Positions 1 to 12,763 of a stretch of 64,000 nt of DNA are shown here, piece after piece. This DNA comes from Oopsacas minuta (lineage: Eukaryota; Animalia; Porifera), in the NCBI GenBank assembly GCA_024704765.1, contig JAKMXF010000155.1:456380-520379 (forward strand). The letters are read 5' to 3'. Positions within the stretch are counted from its first letter, which is position 1. Every line of letters starts with the position of its first letter. The position numbers and the translations under genes were made by a program. A model generated the notes under the pieces. That model did not search any database. It had not been told where the DNA came from and was given only the letters and a program-made list of their open reading frames with translations.

Positions 1-415
1 ATCAATAATTACACGTATATATCCTAAATGTAATATCATACAAGTACTACTTAGCTAGATTGAAAACTATTGCGTAAATTCCTACGTTTCATTTTGTTGC
101 CATGGTAATGACATTTTGGATAGGAATACGTTAAAAACATCAATTCTATTAGGTAACTAGTAATTAAATTGAATTCTAGAAAGAAGTATTTCAGCGAAGA
201 ATCACGATAATATACTAAAAATGGGGATATGTTAAAATTATTGTAGCCAGAATTTTTTTGATTTCATAAATTTTTGTATAATCTGTAAAAAAAATTTTAA
301 TGGTAGGAAAATTTTTTGGAGCGTATATTCGGATTCTTCATAAAATTCTGTATAAGAAAGTGAAAAAATCTCAACGACCTCATTTTTTTGCCATAATGTT
401 TTTCAGTTACCCGTG

Positions 416-1208
416 AGCACAGTAACTGGGTAAGTTTCGCACTGTAAATGTATTACCAATACAGATGAATAATGGATCCAAGCATATCCACAACTTGTCT
501 ACTTGATAATTTGTTATTATTGCGTTATAGCCTCTTATGAACTATTTTGACCATATTTCGATCCAAATTTTGCACGTTTTCAAATGATGAATCTTCTATC
601 ATAGAATTCTGGTTGCGTGTAAGTGGTTCGAAATTGTTGGAATGTTAATGAAATTTTGACACATTTCTCCGCTGCTATTCAAATGTATTTTAATCGATTA
701 CAGCAATATCTGGTAAAAATTTGATTATGAATGTCTACTTTTGATACTAAGTTAGTCTCTCACCAATATTATGTTAATACGTCATATACCAGTAATGATT
801 AATGAATTTTCCAAGTTTCTTCATAACTTATTATCGGTTAGATTTTGCTATCGAAACTGTACCCTTTTTGGATATAAGTCGCCTATTGTTGGGAAATTAG
901 TGTCATATTTAGAGATCTATAGTCAATTATTTATCACGAATGAGGAATGTGTCAAAATCTCATTAATATTTCACCAATTTTTTGGAACACTTACACGCCA
1001 CCACAATTCCATGTACTATCGAAGATTCATCATTTCTTAACGTGCGAAAGTTTTTGCTCGAAATATTGCCAAAATATTCCATAATAGGGTCTTTCCTAAT
1101 CAAATAATGACTAATCATCAATTTCACAAGATATGCGCATGCCTCGTTACCGTTTTCATATGTATTGGTAATGCATTCACAGTGTGAAACTTAGTCAATT
1201 ACTGTGCT
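416..1208. mobile_element. Old palindromic (foldback/MITE-like) non-autonomous element
   Basis: 416-477 (agcacagtaactgggtaagtttcgcactgtaaatgtattaccaatac) is the diverged reverse complement of ~1150-1208. 570-668 likewise pairs with ~942-1050, and weaker symmetry continues inward. No convincing TSD. Confidence 0.7.
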
Positions 1209-1592
1209 AACTACCAAGTACCTCAATGATGTAGTTATCCTTGCGAAAACCAGACCATCCATGGTCAAAAGGAAATTGGGCCAGTTTTGAGTTATCCTAG
1301 TTTATGTAAACACCAATGTGATATATATATATCACTGTGATCTATATTCCTTAATCTCGATTGTTGTGTGTAAGTGTATGTGTGTTTGTTTGTTTGTCCA
1401 TTGTCAAGGAAGGATTTTCGTTTTGCAATTTTGAAATTGTCGCATTACTATGCATTTCTTGTGTTCATCAAGGAAGTAAATAGAATTCAATAAAACGGCT
1501 ACCTATGCGTAACAAAGTTCACTGAATCCATATTTTGCATTTTCAGGTTTCTCATATTTTAATTTATTGTTCTTTTTATGGACATACAGTAA

Positions 1593-1800
1593 ACATGTTT
1601 CAAAATTGTGTGCTAGCAACATGCTTTCAATGGTCATACGAGTATGCTGAGTCCGAATATGGTATTGTGAACAACATATAGTAGTTATTTGTTACCTTTA
1701 TGTACACAAAGTAAACAAATTTTAAAATTGTCAAAAAACATGAATTCAATGATTATACGAGTATGCTGATTCCAAATAAGGTATTGTACCATATATTTTA
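1593..1800. repeat. Degenerate ~119-bp tandem pair, probably a transposon subterminal remnant
   Basis: Two diverged units, each containing atacGAGTATGCTGA(g/t)tcc-aat-ggtattg, at 1640 and 1759. The same core occurs in the left end of the Chapaev3 element (~36100). Confidence 0.45.
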
Positions 1801-2419
1801 TATGTATACAAATGTCAAATTATTTATAGATTCATACTTTCAACGTATAAATCTACTAATCCCGGATAGATATTCAATCCTATCTATGCCTATGGAGTTG
1901 AAAAGTGAATCCTTAAAATAAAGATGTCGAGGGGTTATGAATTCGCAGATGACTACCACTCTTTTGTGGTACAAACAAAGATTGATATTTTTTCTAAGCT
2001 ATTTATCATTTCTCAATTACAAAGCATGTGACAATGTTCTTTTGCATATAATATGGATTTTGTAGGAATCAATAGCTTTCAACATTCAACATGTGGGCCC
2101 ATAATATCTACTCGCGCCACAAATTGTACCATGCCCTTCAGCCAGCTACCTCCTTATAATTCATAAAAATGGGAAAATGATATAAAAAAATTTTTCAGTT
2201 TGCTTATGGCACAAGCACAAAATGTGTAACACTCCCTTCTACAGAATTTTTCTATACCAAGTACAAATTCTAGGCCAGATTCGCTTGCTATCACTGTACT
2301 GTATTGCATATTCTGTTGATGTGTAGGCCTTCTTTTGTGTTCCAAAAAAACGCAGCATGACGGGATAACTTTACGCAGAAGTATGCTTAACTAAGTTCGG
2401 TATTCACTATTATGGCAAA

Positions 2420-2740
2420 AGTCCTATCGGGAGGACAAAGGGATTAGATTAATGCATAATACAAAGCCAAGATTGTTGGTGACATGCTAAGTGCGTTTGG
2501 AATGGTGAAGTTGTCACATCCTCCATATAGTCCAGTACTATCACCATGTAACTTTTGGCTGCTTTGCCTTATCAAAAAGCACTTGGCAGGAAGGGTCTTC
2601 GATACCCTGTTGTCATTAGAGTATCTGCTCTATTTGATCCTGAAATCTGTACCCCAAGAATAGTTCAAAAAAGACATTTCAACTTTGGGTAGAAATGTTA
2701 AAGTATGTTCTAGATAAAGGAGATTATTTCGAGTACACTA
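2420..2740 (+). pseudogene. Decayed mariner transposase C-terminal fragment
   Basis: From 2511 it reads LSHPPYSPVLSPCNFWLLCLIKKHLAGRVF, a degenerate form of the mariner HPPYSPDLAPCDFWLF motif. No matching TIR pair found. Confidence 0.65.
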
Positions 2741-3783
2741 TGCATTAATATATAAGTAAATTGTGCATGCTGATTTTAGCATAGTGCCTGGAACCTATTA
2801 TACGCCCCAACTATAGTCGATATCACCTTAATAAGATTATTAGATTGAATTCAGGTTCAGAGGTTAATTTCCGCTAGTTTTGATTTACAACATGACCATA
2901 TTTTGAATTTTGATCACTGGAATGTTGTTACATTCAAAAGATTCCTTTCTTATAATTTTTCCCAATCAACCTTAATACACCTACTTTTGTTGCACTGGGC
3001 ACTCTAAGACTTAGTTTTGACTATTCAAAACTTTATTTATTTATCTTATATTTTATTAACTGGATTTGGTTTTAACTTAGCTAATTCTATTTCAAATACT
3101 CTTTCATTCAGTTATTCGGGCATTCTCCTTCACACCGGTATATAGCCGTGCATTGCAGTGTAGCAATTTACATTTAGACTAATTTCAGCACCATTTCTGG
3201 CAGGCACAAGAAATCAACTCATTGCAGATCTTGGATGCTTCCGCAAGTGTAGTCCGAAGTTGTTCGTATAGTTGTTCTTCAGTCTTGGATCAACCCCAGC
3301 TCTTTGGAGCAGGAAGTACAGGCTCTTGGATATTATCTTGACCTCAGACATGACCATTCTGTTAAACAACTCTCTTGACATACTGCTATAAGGCAGCATA
3401 TGTTGGAGGAATTCTTTGCACATAAGTTGTCTTCGCAAAATGTTTTTCTCCGGCTGTCGACGGTACGAAGAAATATCCGGTGATGGCGATGTTTACAGCA
3501 TATGCTACATGTAAGTCGCAACTGTCTGCTTCTTCGTGACTACATGGAACAAGTAGGTGTGTTTGCTGTGGGGGTATACAAATAACCCGATTTCTTTCAA
3601 TCATTACAGTTTCTTTGCCTTCATGGGCAAATGTCCGAATGAGCGTTTTTGAGAGGTTGTCGGCGCACCACATTTCCTCGTTTTCCCTGGCTGTTTCGTT
3701 CAAGTACCAACTACATAGCTATCCTATACCAAATCTACACTGGACAAGTGCTGAAGTTGTCCTGAGACGTATGAGATATACAC

Positions 3784-6700
3784 TAGGCCGGATCGAGAAA
3801 AGTATAAATCATCGGTTCAACTTCCACCTAAGGGAAAAGTTGCCTCTGCTATTTTCTAGGAAAATGCGAGACTTAAATTTGAAAATATTTCGGTTTGACC
3901 CTTGCAGTTTTATATTTTTTCTGTGTCACTTTCGTAAAATTGATTGTATATTGTCCGAATTTCAAATTCCTTTGACTTAGCCCCTTTATATATATATTAT
4001 TTGGTATTAGTAAGTCGCATATTTGCTATTGAATGGTGTATTAATTGAATTTCTATGTCCAGGTATACTCAAGTTATTAAGATTTTTTTGCATATTCTAT
4101 CATCCCCTAATAAGATTTCCCACCCCCTTTTTTCCAATTATTTGAAAATTCTATGTACTTAGTTAAACTAGCTATATCCTCACCAAACTTAGTATAATTC
4201 TGTATCCAGATCCAAATTCATCATTAGATTACCACAAAGAAATTAACAACCTTCCTAATCTCTTGTTCTTAACTTAGTTACCATTTATCTAGCATGGAAT
4301 TTATGGTCAATTATAGTATCTATATCAATGCTCGATCAAATCATTCATATTATTGAGTGATTATATTCCTAAAATGTATTTATTTTTGAAATGGCAGAAA
4401 ACACGCGTAGTAAAATATTTCATCCTATTTTTGGCTATCCAGGACCCATTCCAGAAAATCAACTAGAGATGATATAGGGAAATAATTAACTGAAGTATTA
4501 GTGCGTATCTATAATTTGGCTTCCATACCCACTATATCAGAGCTCAAAATAAAACAGTACATCATTTCCGATATTATTGAGAGAGCTAAATACTACGGAA
4601 AAAGTAACCAAAACAAGCAGCAACCTGACCGTATACAGCCTATTATTTCCGAATTCACTGTCTTGTTCGATGTCTCAAGTTACAAATGCCTAGTACAGGA
4701 AGGCAAATGTTTTTGCTCTCTCGGTAAAAAGATACCACGCCGTGAGTGGCCATTTCTCTTTGATCAGCGAAACGCTCAAAAATTATTTATATCCAGCTTG
4801 GATTGCACGACAACCTCTAAAAATATTGTTAAACAAAAAAGAAAAGAGGCACAATATGAAAGAGAAGAAAGGGAAATGAAGAGATTACATGCAGTTCAAC
4901 CTTCGCAAGAATTTATAGAATGTGACTTTGAAGAGTTTGAATCTTTTGACTCAAGCACATCTAATACTCACAAGTATGCATGTAATCATAATCAATTACG
5001 AAATTTAGTCATAATGTGTGATAGATATCAAATTAGCAATCGGGCAGGCGCAGCTATAGCTAACGCAGTACTGCAGGATTATGGTATTATCACACAGGAA
5101 GAAGATTGGCAAATTATTGATAGAAACAAACTCCGTAGATCTAGATTCTCTGTGAGAAAGGTATTGGCTAATGAGGCTCACGAGACTATCAATGAGATAT
5201 CTGTAATATATTTTGATGGCCGTAAAGATCAAATTGGTGTGCTAGTAGAAAGAAAAATGGACATTTGCATCAGGATACTGCAAATGAAGAACATTATACT
5301 GTCTTATCTGAACCGGGGAATCAGTATGTTGCCCATGTAACAGCAAGTTCTGGTAAAGCCAAAGATATAGCAAGAGAATTGACTGATCTTTGCAGGGAGC
5401 GTAATTCAAATTTAATGGCGGTTGGAGCTGATGGAGCTCGTGTTAGCACTAGAATCTACAATGAGTGTATATTAGATTACTTGAACTAGAGTTCACAAAA
5501 CCACTCCACTGGTTTTTTTGTCAATTACATGCTGATAAACTTCTATTGAGGCATCTCTTTCAAATAATAGATGGAAATACCAGTGGACTCAATTCTTTTA
5601 AAGGAGTAATTGGTAAAGAACTTAATTGTAATTTTACTTGCAAACCGATTGCAGCATATCATCCTTTATGCGGTAAAACTCAACTTATTGATTGCGATAT
5701 TTTCAAGAATTTAAATAAAGATCAGAAATATCTATATAATATCTGTCATGCAGTTCAGACTGGTATTTGCTCATCTGAACTGGCATCGATGCAACCTGGT
5801 CCTATACATCATGCTAGATGGGCAACACTGGCTAACAGATTACTTAGGTCGTACATTCTACGATGCATCCTACACCTGAATTATCCGAATTGTCAATTTT
5901 ATTGTCAATTATTATGCGCCAGTTTGGTTTGGAATCAAGAGTAACCCGATTTGCACAGATGGGCCTGAAAATGTGTATTTTGCGATATCTTTGCTGCGAG
6001 AGCTATCGGAGTCTGACTAAGAAGTAATTTGCGATGTGATACAGAAAATCTCTTGTTATCGATGCTTGCAGATAATGATGAACAAATTAGACAAAAGGCT
6101 GTGAAGACTATTTTAGATATCCGAATTAACAGTTCATCATTTAGACCGATTGAAATTCGCCCGTTTAATCTTCCTTCAATAAGGTTCACTGCTGAAACAT
6201 ATGTGGATATGATTGATTTGGAGACCTCTTTTATCACAGAACCGCCTTTACAAGATACCTCTCATAAGAAGTACTAATTAATGGTGTATGTGCTCCACTA
6301 GAAATTCCAGCATATCCATGCTATACACAAGCTGTTAAAAGAACTATTCAATTAGTCGCTAAAAGTTCGTGTTCAGTAACAGGAAACGATGCGAGACATG
6401 GATTAATTCTTTCAACTCTAGTATCAAGAGAAAGAATGCCCGCATTTGAGTCAAAGAAAGATTATGCATGTTAAATATACTTGATATAACATAATTGGAT
6501 CATATACTACGATAGATAATAAAGCTAGTAATTTTCAGATAATAGGAAAAAGGGGGGTGGTTGATATTATTAGGGGATGATAGAATATGCAAAAAAAATC
6601 TGGATAACTTGAGTATCCTTGGACATAGAAATTCGATTAATACACCATTCAATAGCAAATATGCGACTTACTATTACCAAATAACATATATAAAGGGGCC

Positions 6701-6895
6701 AAGTCAAAGGAATTTGAAATTCGGACAATATACAATCAATTTTGCGAAAGTGACACAGAAAAAATATAAAACTGCAAGGGTCAAACCGAAATATTTTCAA
6801 ATTTAAGTCTCGCATTTTCCTAGAAAATGGCAAAGGAAACTTTTCCCTTAGGTGGAAGTTGAACCGACGATTTATACTTTCCTCGATCCAGCCTA
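3784..6895 (+). mobile_element. hAT-superfamily transposon (hATm-like) with ~350-bp TIRs
   Basis: Termini TAGGCCGGATCGAG and CTCGATCCAGCCTA. Arms 3784-4135 and 6545-6895 are roughly 90-95% identical by eye. 8-bp TSD atatacac/atatacaa (1 mismatch). Confidence 0.85.
4391..6474 (+). pseudogene. hAT-type transposase, frameshifted
   Basis: Pieces in several frames: MAENTRSKIFHPIFG, YFDGRKD, EEHYTVLSEPGNQYVAHVT, GADGARVST, WFFCQLHADKLLLRHLF, HARWATLANRLLR, PCYTQAVKRTIQLV (E to K at the usual AVER glutamate), ending ...FESKKDYAC*. Confidence 0.8.
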
Positions 6896-8181
6896 ATATA
6901 CAATCCCAGATATTTGATGTTCAATATCTGTAAGTTTTGTATTAACCCTCTTTGCAAGATTGTAAAGATATGATATGCACTTGGCATGGTATTAGGCATC
7001 CAAGGATGCACTTTCCCTTACACGGTGGCCATTTTGATATGCTGATGGATCGTGAAGACTGTCAGTACCAGCTCATTGTCCACAGAAAAAACAAGATGCC
7101 TCACTAGGAAATGCGCATATACTAAAGGACCGCAGTCTATTTCGTTTTGGGGGAAGTTCATTACTATTGATATTTATTGGGGTTACTTCGTTCCTTTTCT
7201 CTGCTCTTTGCAGCATTGTTTTATAATAATTCAGTGACCCCACTTTGCGTTATTGTTAATTGGAGCTGCTTCAACACCTTGTTCTTCATCTATTCTGTTT
7301 AACTGCATTGGGAATTTAACTAATTCGTTAAACTCGACTAAATTTCTGCAAGTGATTTATACCCAATGTCGTGTCGTTTTGAGAGTGTAGGAGAAGTAAG
7401 GTACTCTGGTGTCTGCTTCTGACATATGACACAAAGTTTCCAGTTTGTATTATCTGGATGTGGGAGATCAAGTAGTTGCAAGGGCCAAGAGTTTAAAACT
7501 TATTGACATTGCTCTAAAGACTTCTAGCTTCAAATGTGAATACATTAAGAAAATACTATTATTAGTCGATGTAACAATAAGTCCAAGTTTTGAATCTTTC
7601 TAAACTTAGTCTTAGAGTGCCCAGCGGAGTAATATTGTAAAGTTGTTTATCAAATTGTTGGAAATTTACCTCTGAAACTGAATTCAAATATAACAAGACG
7701 ATCTAACTTAATAAGAATAGGATTTGATCGGGGGACAAGTCCTGCGAACACCATCAGACGTGGATACCTCGAGGAGCTGCAATTGCCGAAATAGGCACTC
7801 TTTCTATTTCCTCAATATCAAAAAATGTTTGCACTACATCAAAGTACATTTGTAGGAATTTTGGTGCTTTTATCAAAAAAATGAACAATTGTAAGGGTAT
7901 GCCACTGCACTTTAAATACTTTAATTATATATATATTCTGGGTTTCCCGTATGAATACATCTTAAACAGATTTGAAATTCTGAGAAATGTTGACTTGGGC
8001 ATGCCCAGGCCTGTCTACGTCGATGTTCAGTTCAGGGGGTATAGTACTTTTTGTATCTCTTCCAATGCTCACATATCTTTGGTGAATAGTGAAATCATTT
8101 CCAGAATGTTGTAAGTGTTGTATTACAACATTCAGGATATGATTTATCTTGTGGCCAGAGGAATCAATTCTCTTAAATATA

Positions 8182-9482
8182 CAGGGTTAGGTATAAGTTC
8201 TGCACCAAACTTCTCAAAGTAAATATACCTAGTATTTTCTATCATGCATTTTTTCTATGGGTTGTAGAATATACTTAGAGCATACATACTCAATTTTTTC
8301 ATTCCAAATCTTTTCTAAACAGCGAATTCTTTATGGAGGGCCAAAAATCCAAACGCCCTGCAATTTTGGAATTATATACACAGGGGAAGACAGTCAAAGA
8401 GATAACGAAAGCCCTCTCAGTTACCAAATGGACTGCGTATAGGACGATCCAACGTTTCAACGAGACAGGTGAGACGTCTGACAGACCTAGATCAGGTCGA
8501 CCTCGATCCATACGCACACCATTGTTGAAAAAATCGGTCAGGGAAAAGATCAAATACATTTCCAAGAGAAGCGTCCAGAAAATGGCTAACGAATGCAATT
8601 GCTCTACGCGAACCATGGGAAAGTTAGTTCATGACGATTTAGGACTTGAATCATACAAATTTAGAAAGGCACAGCTATCATCTGATGTCAACAAGAAGAG
8701 GAGGATAGAGAAATGTAAGAAACTTCGTGAGCGGTTCAGAGATGGCAGACACCTTGATATTCTTTTCACAGATGAAAAGTTATTCATCGTTGAATGCAGT
8801 TTCAACAGGCAAAATGATAGAGTTCTCTGCTCCACTTCAAAAGGGATATCTCCAGTTACAACGATAGTTAAACGAACCCAAAAACCTGCTTCTGTTATGG
8901 TCTGGGGCGGGATCACAGCTACTGGTCGGACCCCCCTCGTGTTCATTGATCAAGGTGTCAAAGTCAACACTGAAAAGTATATTCAAGACATATTAGAAGG
9001 CGAATTGGAACCTTGGGGTACCACGCATTTTCAAGGAAGGCATTGGATCTTTCAACAGGACTCAGCTCCTGCTCATAAGTCCAAAGCAACCTAAACCTGT
9101 TAAAGGACCATTTTCCAGAGATAATCTCCCCTATGGAATGGCCAGCTTCATCTCCTGATCTAAATCCGATGGACTTTAGTATTTGGTCAATTCTGGAGAG
9201 CAAAGCTTGCGTTAAACCCCACAAAAGTCTGGAGGCTCCCAGAGCATCATTAGTTCGGGAATGGTATCTAATACCACAGGAAGTGCTGTCTGCCTCCTCA
9301 GAGTGTTTCTATAAACGTCTGAGCTCATGCATTCAGGCAAAGGGCGACATTTTTGAAGGGCTAGTATGGGATATATACAAAACTATGTGAAAACCTTGAT
9401 TCACAATTATTTGCTAAGTTTGCAATACCATTGAATTGAATATACAACGATAACTGAGTTGCAGAACTAATGCCTAACCCTG
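8182..9482 (+). mobile_element. Tc1/mariner element, DD37D (maT-like)
   Basis: TA-flanked TIRs CAGGGTTAGG(T/C)AT(A/T)AGTTCTGCA; length 1301 bp. Confidence 0.92.
8333..9390 (+). pseudogene. DD37D transposase with a nonsense codon (9092) and an adjacent 1-bp deletion
   Basis: Motifs GRPRS, LFTDEKLF, VMVWGGI, FQQDSAPAH, WPASSPDLNPMDFSIW. Repairing the frame gives 37 residues between the second and third Asp. Confidence 0.9.
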
Positions 9483-10511
9483 TATGTCTAATTAATTTAA
9501 TATCCCTATGGACATACATAATTATTTCAGCCAAACAATGAGTTATGTAAAATTCTTCAAGAGCAAATCGTTGAGTACTTGTCCTCTCATTCCAATTCTG
9601 AAAATGTAATGGTGCCCCTCTATGAATATTTTAGCTAGAGGCTAGATAAAGTTGGAATAGCGTCACTTGATGTCCCATCAGTTAGGATACAAGATGAGCA
9701 CACTAGACTAATATGCAACACATTTAATTCATCATTTATCACATTCATTCTCTTAAATGTTGGCTATAGAGATTACACCACGAAAGTATATGCATCATAC
9801 AGTGAAATTACAATTCGCCCACTCTACCTGTGGTACTTAACCGATGTGTCTCAGAACCTTGTCAAGTGTGCCCAGTGACAACTCCAAGGAGGCGCTTGTG
9901 CCGTTGAAATATGTTGTTGCTCCTCCCCTTGTATTGGGGGAACTAATTTCGTAGTAACACGTTCGTCAGTCATTTGCACTTGCATCCCCATTTTGAACTA
10001 TTAAATATTTGTACTTCTGTTGTGAAACACTACAGTACTCAAATACTCATTTCTTAAGTTGCGAATATGAATGTTGTTGGCTTAAAATATACTATTCCAG
10101 TTTCACTGCCATACATAATAGGTAGTCTGTATCCTGAAAATATTTGTCCCCATAGAATTGATTTGTGCAACCCTGGTGCCCCAACTGGAGAGGGTCCAGT
10201 TGTGGCATCGCCTATGAGTGTTCCACTAAATTGTCACTGGTGAAAGAAATTATTTAGTATCTTTTCAATGGGCTTAGTTTTGCCTCGTATAAAATTGCTA
10301 AGAAAAATGAGAAGCTGCTCCTGATTACCCTTACATACAATATATACATATATTGTAGAATTAATTACATTTTGGCACCCATTCCGGTTACTAATATTGA
10401 TTCCATCTTGACAGCTGTGTTTTGAAATTTTTATGAGATAAGTGTGCCGAAGTTAGAAAATGTTCGAGGAACGCTGCAGTATACTATATTATAGTAGGCA
10501 CATGAAAAATA

Positions 10512-10733
10512 TCAAAGTAATTTACTATACGCATGTGCGTAAATTGAGTATGCTTTCAGGCGCCCCTGAAATGCATTGGATGAAAAGTGATGAGGTGTAT
10601 ACCTCTTTAGGATTGCTTGCACATATGATTTCTTTTCAGTAAATGCAGCTCCTTCAAAGCCGATACCTACTAGCCTGTTACGCTGCAAATTTATTCCTGA
10701 ATTGATTACATGAAATTTCAAATATATACACAC
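10512..10733 (-). pseudogene. hAT (ZMYM1-like) transposase fragment
   Basis: LVGIGFEGAAFTEKKSYVQAILKRYTPH resembles the hAT core GFDGAA-SGK--GVQ--LK--PHA--VHC. Confidence 0.55.
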
Positions 10734-10785
10734 TAATTTTTTCAGTTATACAATTTTTGATTCGACTCTTTGGAATTTGTCATTT

Positions 10786-11014
10786 TATAGAGTCCGCGAA
10801 AATTATCCAAACAAAAAATAAAATTAATTTCTTCAGTATATCTTGCCAAGTTGATTTTGTTTCATACTGAAAAACGTTTTTCTCAAGAAACTAGACTTTC
10901 TATAGAGTCCGCGAAAATTATCCAAACAAAAAATAAAATTGATTTCTTCAGTATATCTTGCCAAGTTGATTTTGTTTCATACTGAAAACGTTTTTCTCAA
11001 GAAACTAGACTTTC
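10786..11014. repeat. Near-perfect 115-bp direct tandem duplication
   Basis: The unit tatagagtccgcgaaaattatcc...gaaactagactttc occurs at 10786-10900 and 10901-11014, differing by one substitution and one homopolymer indel. Confidence 0.95.
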
Positions 11015-12763
11015 CATTTAATTTTTCTTTTTCTTTTGTTTACTTCTTTTGTTGTTTTATATCACTATTAATAGTTGAATTTTTTATTACCTATGTGTGA
11101 ATTGACGTATAGTCAATTTTCTTATACGTAAACATAGCCTACCATATATTTCCTAACATTTATAGTACCATGGATGCATTATTAGCTGAATGCGTTTATA
11201 TACATGGGTTCATAATTGCAGAAGCTGTGCATCTTTTCCTGAATACATGTATTACATATTTGTAAAACATCAAATTTTATACAATTATATTCCAAAAATT
11301 TCAGAAATGCATCAAAATGTTTGTCTAATAAGCATATATTTTGTAAAATTTATCAATATTTGATGCTTCGTAGGATGTTAAATATTGCAATTATCATCTC
11401 AAGTGACTATATGAAAAGATCTATAGATACCACTTATAAAATATCAAAGTCTGTCACTAAAAGTTGTCTCTTTGTTGAGTTACAGTAGAGACCCTTGATC
11501 ACTAACTTATATGAACATTCAACTATAACTCCGGAATCATTTAAATCTTTGTAAAATAGAATAGCCAATTGATACTGTATAACCCACTTCGCATACATTT
11601 GTGATACATTTTTATGTGAAATGATTAAAATATATCGTAATCTGGAAAATGAACATATGTGGGTATCGTCACATTAGTACCAAATATAATTTATAAATTG
11701 ATTGCTAGGGTATGGGAAGTAGTATAAATTTACTTTTCTGATTTACCATATTTTAAACTATCCCTTGTTTATAATTGAATATTCTTAAATTTTCTCAACC
11801 ATAGTATCTACCTAACTTAACAATAAACAAACTTTTGTATCAAATTTTTAATATATTGTCATTATTCTTTGAGGAATACAGAGAAATTCTTTGCTACTTT
11901 GTTCCACGATGTTGAATTTGTTCAGACTCTACAATCAAGATAGCATTAATTTCGACGATAGCTTATTGGAAGAAATTTGAAACAATTTATACCTTGGACA
12001 TATGAATATGAGAAAGTTATCACTATCCATTTATGGTTTAATGGACATAAACCATATCAAGATGGGTAAAAACACTGATTTGATTGCAAATATACTGAAA
12101 ATTTATACCTTATGGATGATTAGATGCCATTCTTCCAAAGAAATACGAATTTATAAATATCCAAAAATTCAATTTTTCGAAGAGTTGATTTTTCAATTAT
12201 GATGTCATATTTTGAATTGAAGTTAAACAGTGTAAAGGATGGCCCTAAATTGATTCCTTTGATTTCTTTATCCTAAATGGTTCAATTCGAAAACAATTGA
12301 TGTTAAATATTCTTTTTGATAATTTTGCATCATTTCCACTAGGATTCGGCAGTACCGTATTTAGTAGGCCATATTGGTCTCAAATTTACGAGTTACGAGC
12401 TAAATTATTTTCTCTCTTTTGATTATTTCGTATTTATATTGTATATACTATATGCTATTATTTTCTAAATTCATTTCCTTTGTTCCCATTAACTTCTCAA
12501 TGTATGTTTGCCTAATATTCAAAACATATTCATGAAATGTTAGCATAGTGATCTCTAGTTATAGCTGCTACCAAACGGAAATCGCCCTATTCCCTTACCA
12601 AGTGGGTATTCCGATTATAAGTCATTTCATCACTAAACAACTTCGTACCCAAATCTTTTTGCAGCCAAAACAATTTGGTCCACTAAAATTACGGCACATT
12701 CTATACTTACGTATGAAGGCTTTAATATTTTGGCATTTTAAAATCTAATTATTTGTTCCCTAT

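Larger units (their letters stand above)
2830..7715 (-). mobile_element. Internally deleted, decayed Academ-like DNA transposon interrupted by a hAT element
   Basis: Diverged inverted arms at ~2847-3035 and ~7580-7690 share ttgaattcag-ttcagagg and ctgggcactctaagact-agttt. Minus-strand remnants lie in collinear order: NWKLCVICQKQTPEYL...GYKSLAE (~7350-7480), YISYVSGQLQHLSSVDLV (~3730-3780), PCSHEEAD (XPG/FEN-like, ~3530-3560) and ELISCACQKWC..CK..HC (Cys-rich, ~3150-3220). The XPG plus Cys-finger architecture matches published Academ proteins. Exact ends are uncertain. Confidence 0.55.

Noticed and set aside
3615-6833. Two ORF-track peptides sharing FSRKMRDLNLKIFRFDPCSF (3615..3980 + and 6570..6833 -)
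   Set aside because: They are translations of the two hAT inverted-repeat arms, not a duplicated gene.
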